Source: Chthoniobacterales bacterium
Lineage (GTDB): Bacteria > Verrucomicrobiota > Verrucomicrobiia > Chthoniobacterales > UBA10450
DNA: 54,373 nt
Direction of reading: 5' to 3'
Assembly (NCBI GenBank): GCA_045809945.1
Contig: JBJMWW010000079.1
Span: 1-54,373 of the forward strand
How positions within the stretch are numbered: the stretch's first letter is position 1; every line of letters begins with the position of its first letter. A program made the translations under genes and the position numbers. Shown here piece by piece: positions 44,806 to 54,004 of the stretch. The notes below the pieces were generated by a model, which saw nothing but the letters and a program-made list of their open reading frames with translations, was not told the origin of the DNA and searched no databases.

Positions 44806-47520
44806 TTACTCGCGCGCGCCTTTGCCGCCGACGTGCTGCTCCGCCAGCGTTCGCGCATAGCTTAGCGTGTCGATTGCATCGATGCTTTTGTCGCGGCGTA
44901 TGGCCTTGATGCGGGGAAACCGCAGCGCCAGTCCGCTGCGATGACGCGTGCTTGGTTGCACGGCATCGAACGCGACTTCCAGCACGATGTCCGGTTTCAC
45001 TTCGCGATATCGGCCACGATCAACAATTGTGTTTTGTTTGAAGTGCTCGGTCAGGTCGGCGATCTCCGCGTCCGTCAATCCGCTGTAGGCTTTGCCGATC
45101 GGCAGCAGCTCACCGCTGACGTCGTCGCGCACCGCAAATGTGTAATCGCTCAGCACGTGATTGCGTTTTCCGTGTCCGAGTTCGGCCGCGACAACTACCA
45201 CGTCGAGGGTGGCGAGCTCTTTTTTGAGCTTGAACCAGAACATCCCGCGGCGACCGGGCGAGTAAATGCTGTTCGGGTCTTTCACCATCAATCCTTCATT
45301 CAGCCGGTGTCGCGCCGAGCGGAATTCAGCTTCGATGTCACTCGCCGACTTAGCCGTTTTGACTTCCGCGAGTTGAAAATTCGATGGCAGCGTGATCTGG
45401 CCTAACAAATCGCGGCGTTCACGCAATGACGCCTTGAGCAGCGACTGGCCATTCTGCCAAAGCAGATCAAACGCTACGAAAACAACTGGCACGTCGGCTG
45501 TGGCCGCGAACAAATCGCGCCCTTCGTTTTTCCGACCAAGCCGCTTCTGCAAATCGAAGAACGTGAGTTTTTTCCCCTGTTCGTAGGCGATGATTTCGCC
45601 GTCCAGAATCAGTTCGTCTCCAAAATTCGCCGCGTTCTCGACCAGCTCCGGAAACTGATCGGTCATGCGGCGCAAATCGCGCGAGTAAAGCTCAACTCGA
45701 TTCCGGCCGCGATGCAGTTGGGCGCGGATCCCGTCGAATTTGTCCTCGATGAATGCAGCGCCGCTTTGCGCGAAACGTTCCCAGATCGTTTCCGCCGTCG
45801 GTTCGGGACTTGCCAGCATGCATTTGATCGGCCGAAACAGTGAGAGCTCGGCGCGTTGCAGTTCGCCGCGTTGCGCCAGCACTGCCGTTTCGCCTATGTC
45901 GCCGAGCAGCATGTTGGCTTCCTTAACGTCGTCAAGCGGAGCGCCGAATGCCGAAGCGATGGCTTCCTCCACGAGTCCTTCGCGCAATCCGATTCGGAGA
46001 TCGCCAGTCAGAATCTTTACGATGTATTCGCCTTCGTGAGCGCTCAGTTTGGCGAGACGCGACTGGAGCAACTCGGCCTTCGCGATGGGTCCACGCGTGC
46101 GTTGCAGATCGTCGAACAGCTCACGCGACTCTCGTATCGTGAACGGCTCCGGCGACGTCCGAGTTTCGAGCGCTTCGAAGGCGGTCTTGCCCGCATCGCC
46201 GTGACCGCCGGCGATGCGATGCAACTCCGTATCCGAAATCTTTGCCGCGCTGAGCACGGCGCGGAAGATTACCGCCCAGCCGACCTGCAGTGTGCGCAGA
46301 TCGCTTTGCGGAAACGGTTTGCCGGTGAAGTAAGTGGTTGCGATTCGCAGTTGCTCAACGTCGAGCGTGCCCAGGTAATCGGCGAGGAGGCGAACCTTCT
46401 CGAGCTTAGCCGCAGTCGCGCTGATCGCCTCACCGACGGCGGCGAACGCCGCGAATTCCGATTGGCGAGCTTCGGCGTCGCGCCGAAGCGGCTGCGAACC
46501 CGAGACGGGTTCGCTCGCGGCCCGGACAGCGGCGCTACCCGGAGTACGCAGCGTCAGCTCCATCTGATTTTCGGCGCTCAAAGCCCACGCATCGAAACCG
46601 CGGTCGCGCAGATCACGCGCGAATTCTGCTGCGAAGCCGTGCAGCGTCAGGACCCTACTGGGATCGACGAGTTCCACATAGCGCACGAGGTCGTTGTAAT
46701 CAGCGTGATCGGAAAGCGGGAAAGCGGCGTCGACCTGGTAGCGGTAAACTGCATTCGGATCGACCGCCCAGCCGCTGATCATCGCGACTCGCTTGTTCTG
46801 AATGTTCTGGAGCATCGCGGAGCGATTCGCGCTCGGCGGACAGATGAGGACTTTGTGCGCGACCTCATTCGCGTTGTACCGCTCATACTTGCAGAACTCC
46901 TGACCGAACTGTTCATAAATGCGGGTCATCCGATAAACCGAGCCATGCAGCATCGGCGTGAGCCCGGCACCGGATAGTGAGCAGAGAATCTCCTGCGCTT
47001 TGCCTAACGAATAACCGAGCAACACCGGTGTTGCGCCGCTCTCCAGCGCTTCGCGACAGAACGCAAGGATCTGCTCGATCACCTGTTCACTGGGTGGAAA
47101 GCGGTAACGCGGCAGACCGAACGTCGTTTCCATGATCAACGTATCGGCGTGTGCCCACTCGGCCGGTTCCGCGGAACGACCGTGGCGTAATTTGAAATCG
47201 CCCGTGTAGAGCAGCGAACCCTCATCGCTTTGCACGTGGATCTGCGCTGACCCAAAAATGTGCCCGGCCGGGAGCAGCATCACGTCGACATCGCGGATTG
47301 CTCGCCGCTCGCCGAATGCCAGGACGTGTTCGTTTCTTTCGCCCGGCATTCGAGCCTGCATCAAACGCGCGGTCCGTTCCGATACGATGATCTCTTCGTG
47401 CGGGGCGATGTGATCGCTATGCGCGTGGGAAACGAACGCGAAGGGTTTCGCATCCCAAGGGTCGAGCCAGAGATCTTGTCGCGGCAGATAAACACCGCGC
47501 TCGTAACGCACGTCGATCAC
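44806..47520 (-). CDS. Fusion: metallo-beta-lactamase/beta-CASP-like nuclease + ATP-dependent DNA ligase
   Basis: N-part SHAHSDH, AGHIFGS, YTGDF, METTFG, YSLGKAQ, LSDHAD; C-part EDKFDG (adenylated Lys), LDGE, FDLL, EGLMVK, KLK, LRFPR. Confidence 0.92.
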   Translation of the reverse strand: MIDVRYERGVYLPRQDLWLDPWDAKPFAFVSHAHSDHIAPHEEIIVSERTARLMQARMPGERNEHVLAFGERRAIRDVDVMLLPAGHIFGSAQIHVQSDEGSLLYTGDFKLRHGRSAEPAEWAHADTLIMETTFGLPRYRFPPSEQVIEQILAFCREALESGATPVLLGYSLGKAQEILCSLSGAGLTPMLHGSVYRMTRIYEQFGQEFCKYERYNANEVAHKVLICPPSANRSAMLQNIQNKRVAMISGWAVDPNAVYRYQVDAAFPLSDHADYNDLVRYVELVDPSRVLTLHGFAAEFARDLRDRGFDAWALSAENQMELTLRTPGSAAVRAASEPVSGSQPLRRDAEARQSEFAAFAAVGEAISATAAKLEKVRLLADYLGTLDVEQLRIATTYFTGKPFPQSDLRTLQVGWAVIFRAVLSAAKISDTELHRIAGGHGDAGKTAFEALETRTSPEPFTIRESRELFDDLQRTRGPIAKAELLQSRLAKLSAHEGEYIVKILTGDLRIGLREGLVEEAIASAFGAPLDDVKEANMLLGDIGETAVLAQRGELQRAELSLFRPIKCMLASPEPTAETIWERFAQSGAAFIEDKFDGIRAQLHRGRNRVELYSRDLRRMTDQFPELVENAANFGDELILDGEIIAYEQGKKLTFFDLQKRLGRKNEGRDLFAATADVPVVFVAFDLLWQNGQSLLKASLRERRDLLGQITLPSNFQLAEVKTAKSASDIEAEFRSARHRLNEGLMVKDPNSIYSPGRRGMFWFKLKKELATLDVVVVAAELGHGKRNHVLSDYTFAVRDDVSGELLPIGKAYSGLTDAEIADLTEHFKQNTIVDRGRYREVKPDIVLEVAFDAVQPSTRHRSGLALRFPRIKAIRRDKSIDAIDTLSYARTLAEQHVGGKGARE
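46465..46518. repeat. Double-hairpin structured element in the nuclease-ligase linker
   Basis: GCTTCGGCG-tcg-CGCCGAAGC (46469-46489) and GCGAACCCG-aga-CGGGTTCGC (46494-46514), closed by GCGA/TCGC. Confidence 0.75.
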
Positions 47521-47584
47521 CGCGGAAAATAACGCGATGGCCGCGGATTGACACGTCGAGACCGAGCCCGTTGTATAAACGCCG

Positions 47585-48133
47585 ATGCGGCTCCTCGTGT
47601 TTGCTACGATTCTGGCGACGTCACTTGCAGTCCGTGCGGCCGAACCGTCGAAGGCGCAGTCGGGTTTGAGTAAGCTGCCGGTCGCGTTGAGCGATGAATT
47701 TCAGTTCCGCAAGACGAAGCTCTATTTTCTCGATCCGGCTCCGCCGCCTCTCCGGCGTGGCAAGTTTGGTAGCAGCTTCTCAAAAACACAGGCGCAGCCG
47801 GACGCCTCGATCGGTTTCGAGCGCTCCTACCGCATGTTTGGTGCGGTCACCGGGCTCGATCAACGCCAGCGCTTCGGCCATTACTTCGATTTTTGGTGGC
47901 GCGTAAAGCACGACGCGAACGTCACCGTCCGTCTCGAGTACCGGCAGGAGAAGTTGCGCTCCTTTACCCAGGCAAAGGAAATTTCCTACACCGGTGCCAA
48001 AGGAACAATGCATACGGAGTTCCGCGTGATCGGGGATGAATTCTTCGATGACGGCAAAATCATCGCGTGGCGTTGTCTGCTGATTTCCGACGGCCGGATT
48101 GTGGCGGAAGATCGCTCCTACATGTGGGACTAA
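47585..48133 (+). CDS. Secreted hypothetical protein
   Basis: Signal peptide ending VRA-A; non-overlapping ORF ending ...GKIIAWRCLLISDGRIVAEDRSYMWD. Confidence 0.78.
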   Translation: MRLLVFATILATSLAVRAAEPSKAQSGLSKLPVALSDEFQFRKTKLYFLDPAPPPLRRGKFGSSFSKTQAQPDASIGFERSYRMFGAVTGLDQRQRFGHYFDFWWRVKHDANVTVRLEYRQEKLRSFTQAKEISYTGAKGTMHTEFRVIGDEFFDDGKIIAWRCLLISDGRIVAEDRSYMWD

Positions 48134-48150
48134 TCCGGGTGCGGGTGGCG

Positions 48151-48188
48151 TTGACACCCCAGAGGGTGACCTTATCCTGCTAAGGAGG
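48151..48188 (+). promoter_or_regulatory. Promoter and RBS of the STAS-PP2C-grpE-dnaJ unit
   Basis: TTGACA-N16-TATCCT, then AGGAGG before GTG 48193. Confidence 0.65.
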
Positions 48189-48192
48189 AGTC

Positions 48193-48687
48193 GTGCAGTC
48201 GTCAATACAGGTCGGGGTAAACGGGCAGGCCGTCTGGGTGAAGGTCCAAGGCAGGGGAACTTTCCTCAATAGCGGCGAGTTCAAGCAGTTCACTCGGGAA
48301 ATGGTGAACCGCGGCTATCGCGATTTCATTATCGATTTGGAGAACTGTGCAATGATGGACTCGACCTTCATGGGAACGATGGCTGGCGTCGCGCTGCGGC
48401 TTAAGGAACTAGGTCAGGGTCACCTCCATGTCGTGCATTGTGGGGAGCGTAGCCGCGAGCTGCTTACTGGTCTCGGTCTCGATCAACTCTTCGATATTCA
48501 GTCGAACGGCGCAGCGGCTCCGCAATGCGGCCTGCTCGAGCGGACGCGCGATTCGAAACCCGAAACGACGCGCGATATGCTGGCTGCGCATGAGGCGCTG
48601 TGCCAGGTTACGCCGCAGAATTTCTCCAAGTTCAAAGACGTTCTAGAGTTCCTCAAACAGGACCTGCACCAAGAGCCGGCAAAGTAA
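48193..48687 (+). CDS. STAS anti-sigma factor antagonist (RsbV/SpoIIAA-like) with C-terminal extension
   Basis: IIDLENCAMMDSTFMG (phospho-acceptor Ser motif), LTGLGLDQLF, MLAAHEAL...NFSKFKDVLEFL. Confidence 0.88.
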   Translation: MQSSIQVGVNGQAVWVKVQGRGTFLNSGEFKQFTREMVNRGYRDFIIDLENCAMMDSTFMGTMAGVALRLKELGQGHLHVVHCGERSRELLTGLGLDQLFDIQSNGAAAPQCGLLERTRDSKPETTRDMLAAHEALCQVTPQNFSKFKDVLEFLKQDLHQEPAK

Positions 48688-48702
48688 TTCCCCTGCGGCG
48701 CG

Positions 48703-50139
48703 ATGTGGCCTTTCATCTTCTTCGCGCTGTTTCTGATTTGTCTGGCGGGCTGGGTCATAACCTGGCTGAGCCAAACTGGCCGCGTTCGTCAGCTCGAGCG
48801 CTCCAAGGAAGAAATCCAGATCGAGGAAACCCTCGTCTTCGATTTTCTCCACGGCCTGGGCGAAGCATTTACCGACACCATTCGCCCGGCCGATTTGCAT
48901 CGGCTCATTGTCGAAGGGGCGGCGCGCGTTCTCGATGCACATGGCGGCGCGCTCTACATGATGGAACGGACGGGCGGCAAACTCGCGCCCGCGTTCATTT
49001 CAACCGGCTGCCCGCCGCTCATCAATGTGCCGGCGCACATTCTGCAACAGGCGACGAGCACGCCGGCCGCGCTCGAAAACTACTCGCGCATGCATACCGT
49101 CGCGCCGGGCGAGGGGATCATCGGTCGCGCCTGGGAAACGCGACAGGCCATGCACATCACCGACGCGAGTGCCGCGCCCGAGTTATTGCCGTTGCGCAAT
49201 AGCTCGCTTGGAGTGACGTCGGCGATGGTGACGCCGTTGCTCTACGGCAAACAAAATATGGGCGTCCTCGCCCTCGCCAACGGTCCGATGAGCCCGCCAT
49301 TTACCGCGAGCGATTTCGTCGTCTTCAAATCCATCGCCGAGCAGTCAGCCTTCGCGCTCTACAATGCGATCGTTTACTCGGAAGCGAACGAGAAGAAGCG
49401 GCTCGACCACGATCTCGAAATCGCGCGCGACATTCAGCGGATCCTGCTTCCAGCTGAAGCGCCGATTGTAAAAGGTTTTGAAATCAGCGGTCTCAACATT
49501 CCTGCGCGGCAGGTGAGCGGCGATTACTTCGACTACATCGAGATCGACGAATCGCGTCTCGGCATCGCGATTGCGGACGTGTCGGGTAAAGGCGTCCCGG
49601 CGTCGATTATCATGGCGATCTGCCGAAGCGTGTTGAGGAGTCAGGCGATGAGCAGTCCGTCCCCGGCTGATGTCTTGCAGAAAGTAAATCGACAGCTTTA
49701 TCCAGACATCAAGGAGGACATGTTCATCAGCATGGCCTACGTCGTTCTCGATCACGCGCTCGGGAACGTCACGCTGACCCGCGCCGGCCACGACGCGCCG
49801 CTGTTATACACCGCTGCGACCCAAACGATCGCTCCGCTCAAGCCGCCCGGAATGGTCCTGGGAATTGACGCCGGCAGCGTGTTCGATAGGATAACGCGTG
49901 ACGTTGCAGTCCCGCTTTCACGCGGCGATTGCCTGCTCCTCTACACGGATGGAGTAACCGAAGCGCTCGATGCGACTGGCTCTGAATTTGGCCCCGATCG
50001 CATGATCAAATCGGTGCAGGCGAGCGCGATGAATGGCGCGGCTGCGATTATCACTCGCGTGATCGAAGATCTGCGCGCTTTCGTCGACACCACGCCACAA
50101 AATGACGACATCACGCTGATCGTAATTCGCAAGACATGA
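48703..50139 (+). CDS. Membrane-anchored GAF + PP2C (SpoIIE) phosphatase, RsbU-like
   Basis: N-terminal TM; GAF (GEGIIG...PL...GVL); VSGDYFD, IADVSGKG, LYTDGVTE, DDIT. Confidence 0.92.
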   Translation: MWPFIFFALFLICLAGWVITWLSQTGRVRQLERSKEEIQIEETLVFDFLHGLGEAFTDTIRPADLHRLIVEGAARVLDAHGGALYMMERTGGKLAPAFISTGCPPLINVPAHILQQATSTPAALENYSRMHTVAPGEGIIGRAWETRQAMHITDASAAPELLPLRNSSLGVTSAMVTPLLYGKQNMGVLALANGPMSPPFTASDFVVFKSIAEQSAFALYNAIVYSEANEKKRLDHDLEIARDIQRILLPAEAPIVKGFEISGLNIPARQVSGDYFDYIEIDESRLGIAIADVSGKGVPASIIMAICRSVLRSQAMSSPSPADVLQKVNRQLYPDIKEDMFISMAYVVLDHALGNVTLTRAGHDAPLLYTAATQTIAPLKPPGMVLGIDAGSVFDRITRDVAVPLSRGDCLLLYTDGVTEALDATGSEFGPDRMIKSVQASAMNGAAAIITRVIEDLRAFVDTTPQNDDITLIVIRKT

Positions 50140-50678
50140 AGAAAATTCCAGTAACGGACGACGAACAAAATCCTGGAGCAGACGCTGGCAGCGTCTCAGG
50201 AAAGCCGGAAGAGCAGGATGAACTGGCGAATGTTCAGGCTGATCTCGACCGCTTTCGGGATCTCGCGTTGCGTAGCCAGGCTGATTTCGAAAACTACAAG
50301 AAGCGTTGCCAGCGCGAAAAAGAGGAAGCGGTTAAATACGCGAACACCTCGCTGCTCGAGCGCCTCGTCACGATCATCGACAACTTTGAGCTCGGTCTTT
50401 CCGCAGCAAAAGGTGAGGGCGAAAACTCCGCTATTTATTCCGGCATGAGCATGGTGCTGAAACAGCTCAACGATTTTCTGGCCGACAACGGTCTGCAACC
50501 GGTCGAAGCCGAAGGCCAGCCGTTCGATCCGAAACTGCACGAGGCAATTGGCCACGAGCCGAGCGACACCATTCCGGAAAACCACGTCATCCGGCAGACT
50601 CGCCGCGGCTATCGTTTCAAGGATCGCCTGCTCCGGCCGAGCAGCGTCGTTGTTTCAAAAGGCTCTGCGGCGGCCTAA
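50136..50678 (+). CDS. grpE: Nucleotide exchange factor GrpE
   Basis: LRSQADFENYKKR, IDNFEL, FDPKLHEAI, GYRFKDRLLRPSSVVV. Confidence 0.96.
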   Translation: MKKIPVTDDEQNPGADAGSVSGKPEEQDELANVQADLDRFRDLALRSQADFENYKKRCQREKEEAVKYANTSLLERLVTIIDNFELGLSAAKGEGENSAIYSGMSMVLKQLNDFLADNGLQPVEAEGQPFDPKLHEAIGHEPSDTIPENHVIRQTRRGYRFKDRLLRPSSVVVSKGSAAA

Positions 50679-50698
50679 CAAGCCGCGAGGCCGTTGTT

Positions 50699-50726
50699 TG
50701 TCATTTCACGCGAAGTCGAAGAATCT
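50699..50726. repeat. Degenerate half-copy of the GTCAT palindromic element
   Basis: TGTCATTTCACGCGAAGTCGAAGAATCT; 19/26 match to the left arm of 51906-51981. Confidence 0.6.
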
Positions 50727-50735
50727 TTCTGATCG

Positions 50736-51890
50736 ATGGCCACGACAAAGCGCGACTACTACGAAGTTCTGGGCGTAGAGCGGACGGCGACGGAGGAGGA
50801 CGTGAAACGCGCCTACCGCAAGCTGGCGGTCAAGTTTCATCCGGACAAGAACCCGGACGATCCGCACGCCGAAGAACATTTTAAGGAACTCGGCGAGGCC
50901 TACGACGTCCTGATGGATGGCGACAAACGTGCGGCTTACGACCGCTTCGGCCACGCGGCGTTCGCACAAGGCGGCGGCGGTCGCGGCGGCTTCCATGATC
51001 CATTCGATATTTTCCGCGAAGTTTTCGGCGGAGGTGGTGGTGGTGGCGGATTCGGAGGCGGAATCTTCGAGACGTTCTTCGGCGGCGGTGGCGCCGGTGT
51101 CGATCGCGAAGGCCGACAACGTGGCAGCGATCTGCGTTACGACATGCAGATCACGCTTGAGGAAGCAGCGTTCGGCGTTGAGAAGGAGATCGAGGTACGC
51201 AAGCTCGACGCGTGCGACAAATGCCAGGGCAGCGGCGCCGAGCCTGGTTCGCGCACCATTAACTGTCCGACCTGCGGCGGTCGCGGACAGGTCATCAGCT
51301 CGCGCGGATTTTTTCAGGTTTCGCAAACGTGTCCGCGTTGTCGCGGCGCGGGCCAGATCGTCGAGAAACCGTGCCGTGTTTGCGACGGCGAAGGCCGCGT
51401 CGAAAAAACGAGCACGATCAAACTGAAGATCCCGCCGGGTATCGCCGACGGCTCGCGCCTGCGCTCGTCGCAAAACGGCGAAGCCGGAATTCGTGGCGGG
51501 TCGCCGGGCGACCTCTACGTCGTCGTTCACATCAAGGAACATGAAATCTTCCAGCGCGATTCGGACGATCTTTATTGCGAGGTACCGATTCCATTCACGG
51601 TCGCGGCCCTAGGTGGCGAAGTTGCGGTTCCGACGCTGGAAGGTAAAGCGCACGTCAAAGTTCCAGCCGGCACGCAAAGCGGTCAGATGTTCAAGCTGCG
51701 CGGCAAGGGAATTCTAAACGTGAATGGCCGCGACCGCGGCAACCTGCTCGCGCGTTTGATCGTCGAAGTGCCAACCCATCTCAACGGCGAGCAGCGCGCG
51801 AAGCTCGAGGAGTTCGCCACGCTTTGTGGCGAAGAAAACACGCCGCTGCACAGAAGCTTTTTCGAGCGCGCGAAAGAATTTTTCCGATAA
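50736..51890 (+). CDS. dnaJ: Chaperone DnaJ (class A)
   Basis: J-domain HPD, G/F region, four CxxCxGxG motifs. Confidence 0.97.
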   Translation: MATTKRDYYEVLGVERTATEEDVKRAYRKLAVKFHPDKNPDDPHAEEHFKELGEAYDVLMDGDKRAAYDRFGHAAFAQGGGGRGGFHDPFDIFREVFGGGGGGGGFGGGIFETFFGGGGAGVDREGRQRGSDLRYDMQITLEEAAFGVEKEIEVRKLDACDKCQGSGAEPGSRTINCPTCGGRGQVISSRGFFQVSQTCPRCRGAGQIVEKPCRVCDGEGRVEKTSTIKLKIPPGIADGSRLRSSQNGEAGIRGGSPGDLYVVVHIKEHEIFQRDSDDLYCEVPIPFTVAALGGEVAVPTLEGKAHVKVPAGTQSGQMFKLRGKGILNVNGRDRGNLLARLIVEVPTHLNGEQRAKLEEFATLCGEENTPLHRSFFERAKEFFR

Positions 51891-51905
51891 TCTGGCCGGC
51901 GCGCA

Positions 51906-51981
51906 TGTCATTCCGAGCGTAGCCGAGGGATCCGCGTATCTTTTGCTGCACGTGGGTGTCTCGACTGCGCTCGACATGACA
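51906..51981. repeat. Intergenic 76-bp palindromic (REP-like) element
   Basis: TGTCATTCCGAGCGTAGCCGAGGGATCC...GGTGTCTCGACTGCGCTCGACATGACA; TGTCAT/ATGACA termini. Confidence 0.85.
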
Positions 51982-51999
51982 ATGGCGCAGTGAAAACGG

Positions 52000-52734
52000 A
52001 TGCACCGCTTCTACATCGCGCCTGACGTGTGGGATCCGGCGGCGATCAAGCTGAGTGAATCTGAAGCGCACCACGCACGCGACGTCCTTCGGCTCGCCCG
52101 CGGCAGTCGCATCGTCGTTTTCAACGGTCGCGGCCGTGAAATTACCGCCGAGGTCACTGATACGAGCGCCTCCGCGGTCCAGCTCCGCAAGTTGCACGAA
52201 AGCGAAACGCCGCCATTGCGCTGCCGCATCACGCTCGGCCAAGCCATGCCTAAGGGAAAGAACATGGATCTAATCGTGCAGAAAGCGGTCGAGATCGGTG
52301 CGGCCGAAATCGTGCCGCTGATCTCCGATCGCACGATCGTCCGGTTAAGCGACGACGACGCCGAACAGAAGCGCGTGAAATGGCAGGCGATCGCGATTGA
52401 GGCGGCGAAGCAATGCGGCCAGAACTGGCTACCGCAGGTGCAAACGCCGCGCACGCCCGCGCAGTTCTTTGCCGGCGCCCCGGCTCACGAGCTGCGCTTG
52501 ATCGGTTCGCTGCAACCCGACGCGCTCCACTTGAAAACGGTGCTTGGCGAACTCGAGCAACGGCCGACCACCGCGCTGATGATGGTCGGCCCGGAAGGCG
52601 ATTTCACACCGGCGGAGCTAAACCTAGCTCGCGCCAACGGCTGCCGACCGATAACGCTTGGACCGATCATCCTCCGCGTCGAAACCGCGGCGATCTATTG
52701 TCTCAGCGTCCTCTCCTACGAGCTGCTGGTTTGA
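52000..52734 (+). CDS. rsmE: 16S rRNA m3U1498 methyltransferase
   Basis: MHRFY, HHARDVLR, QKAVEIG, EAAKQC, VGPEGDF, LGPIILRVETA. Confidence 0.96.
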   Translation: MHRFYIAPDVWDPAAIKLSESEAHHARDVLRLARGSRIVVFNGRGREITAEVTDTSASAVQLRKLHESETPPLRCRITLGQAMPKGKNMDLIVQKAVEIGAAEIVPLISDRTIVRLSDDDAEQKRVKWQAIAIEAAKQCGQNWLPQVQTPRTPAQFFAGAPAHELRLIGSLQPDALHLKTVLGELEQRPTTALMMVGPEGDFTPAELNLARANGCRPITLGPIILRVETAAIYCLSVLSYELLV

Positions 52735-52735
52735 T

Positions 52736-54004
52736 TCACTTGGCGCCCCCGTAGCTTACCCGCCAGATCGTGCCATTGGCGTCCTCACTGAACAGGAGTG
52801 CGCCGTCTTTTGCGATGGTGATTCCGACCGGACGGCCCCACACGTGATCGTTATCCGCGACGAAACCGGTGACGAAATCGACTACGTTGCCGCGCGGTTT
52901 GCCGGTCGATTTATCGAACGGCACCCGAACGATTTTGTAGCCGACGCGTTTCTTGCGATTCCACGAGCCGTGCCACGCAGCGAAGATGTCGCCGCGGTAT
53001 TCAGGCGGAAATTGCTGGCCGGTGTAGAAGCACAAATTCAGAGACGCGATGTGGCTTTGTGTGAGCACGTCGGGCACGATGACTTTGCTCGCTAACTCAG
53101 CGTGTTTTCCTTTGTGTCGCGGGTCCTGGTGATTGCCGATGTAAAACCACGGCCAGCCGTAGAACCCGCCCGGCCGCACGCTGCTGATGTAATCGGGCGG
53201 CAGATCGTCGCCCAGCTCGTCACGTTCGTTCGTGCTCATCCAGAGGTCATTTGTGCCCGGGCGGAACGCGATCCCGACTGCGTTGCGGATTCCCCACGCG
53301 AACACCTTTCGATTGTTGCCATCGGGATCGAACTCGAAAATGCGCGCGCGGTTCGCTTCGCTCGCGTCGTCTGAAACATTCGAGCGAGAGCCGATCGAGA
53401 CGTACATCTTCTTGCCGTCAGACGAGAAGACGACGTCGCGTGTCCAATGTCCGCCGCCGCGCAGCAACCCGCCGCTCGAGAGCTCCGCGTTGGCCAGTTT
53501 CTCGGCCGGCGCGCGCGCTTTGAGGTCGCCGTTGCGATACGGAAAACGAATCACGCCGTCGGTGTTCGCAACGTAAAGCCACTGCGGATCATCGCCGGGC
53601 GGATAAAACGCGATGCCGAAGGGATCGTGCAGGCCGCTCGATGCGAACGTCTGCACGTTGCGGTCGCGCAGCACCTTGATTCGATCGGCGCGACTTTCGG
53701 TGACGAAAATGTCGCCGTTCGGCGCGGTGAGGAGAAAACGCGGATTGCGAAAACCGCTCGCGTATTGCTCGATCTTGAAACCCGGCGGCACTCGCGGTTG
53801 CGCACCAGCCGGCGGCCTGATCTCACTCGGCCCGTTATCGACAGAATCTGTCGCGAAGGGCGGCGGCAGGTCGTCGACGGTGATTTGGCGACTCACGCCG
53901 GGCGCATCCTGGGTCCAATCGCCGGAAACTGGGGCTTTGCCTGTGAGCGTCTGCGCGTCTGCCGCTGCGCCAAGGAGCGCCAGCGCGACCAGTACGAATC
54001 GCAT
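52736..54004 (-). CDS. Glucose/sorbosone dehydrogenase family beta-propeller
   Basis: VPPGFKI, GHWTRD, GIRNAVG, NERDELGDDLPPDY, FYGWP, HGSWNR, GRPVG. Confidence 0.9.
   Translation of the reverse strand: MRFVLVALALLGAAADAQTLTGKAPVSGDWTQDAPGVSRQITVDDLPPPFATDSVDNGPSEIRPPAGAQPRVPPGFKIEQYASGFRNPRFLLTAPNGDIFVTESRADRIKVLRDRNVQTFASSGLHDPFGIAFYPPGDDPQWLYVANTDGVIRFPYRNGDLKARAPAEKLANAELSSGGLLRGGGHWTRDVVFSSDGKKMYVSIGSRSNVSDDASEANRARIFEFDPDGNNRKVFAWGIRNAVGIAFRPGTNDLWMSTNERDELGDDLPPDYISSVRPGGFYGWPWFYIGNHQDPRHKGKHAELASKVIVPDVLTQSHIASLNLCFYTGQQFPPEYRGDIFAAWHGSWNRKKRVGYKIVRVPFDKSTGKPRGNVVDFVTGFVADNDHVWGRPVGITIAKDGALLFSEDANGTIWRVSYGGAK

Noticed and set aside
45856-46977. 373-aa plus-strand ORF
   Set aside because: Antisense shadow of the nuclease-ligase gene.
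50970-51100. GGC/GGT triplet runs
   Set aside because: Normal Gly/Phe-rich region of class A DnaJ.
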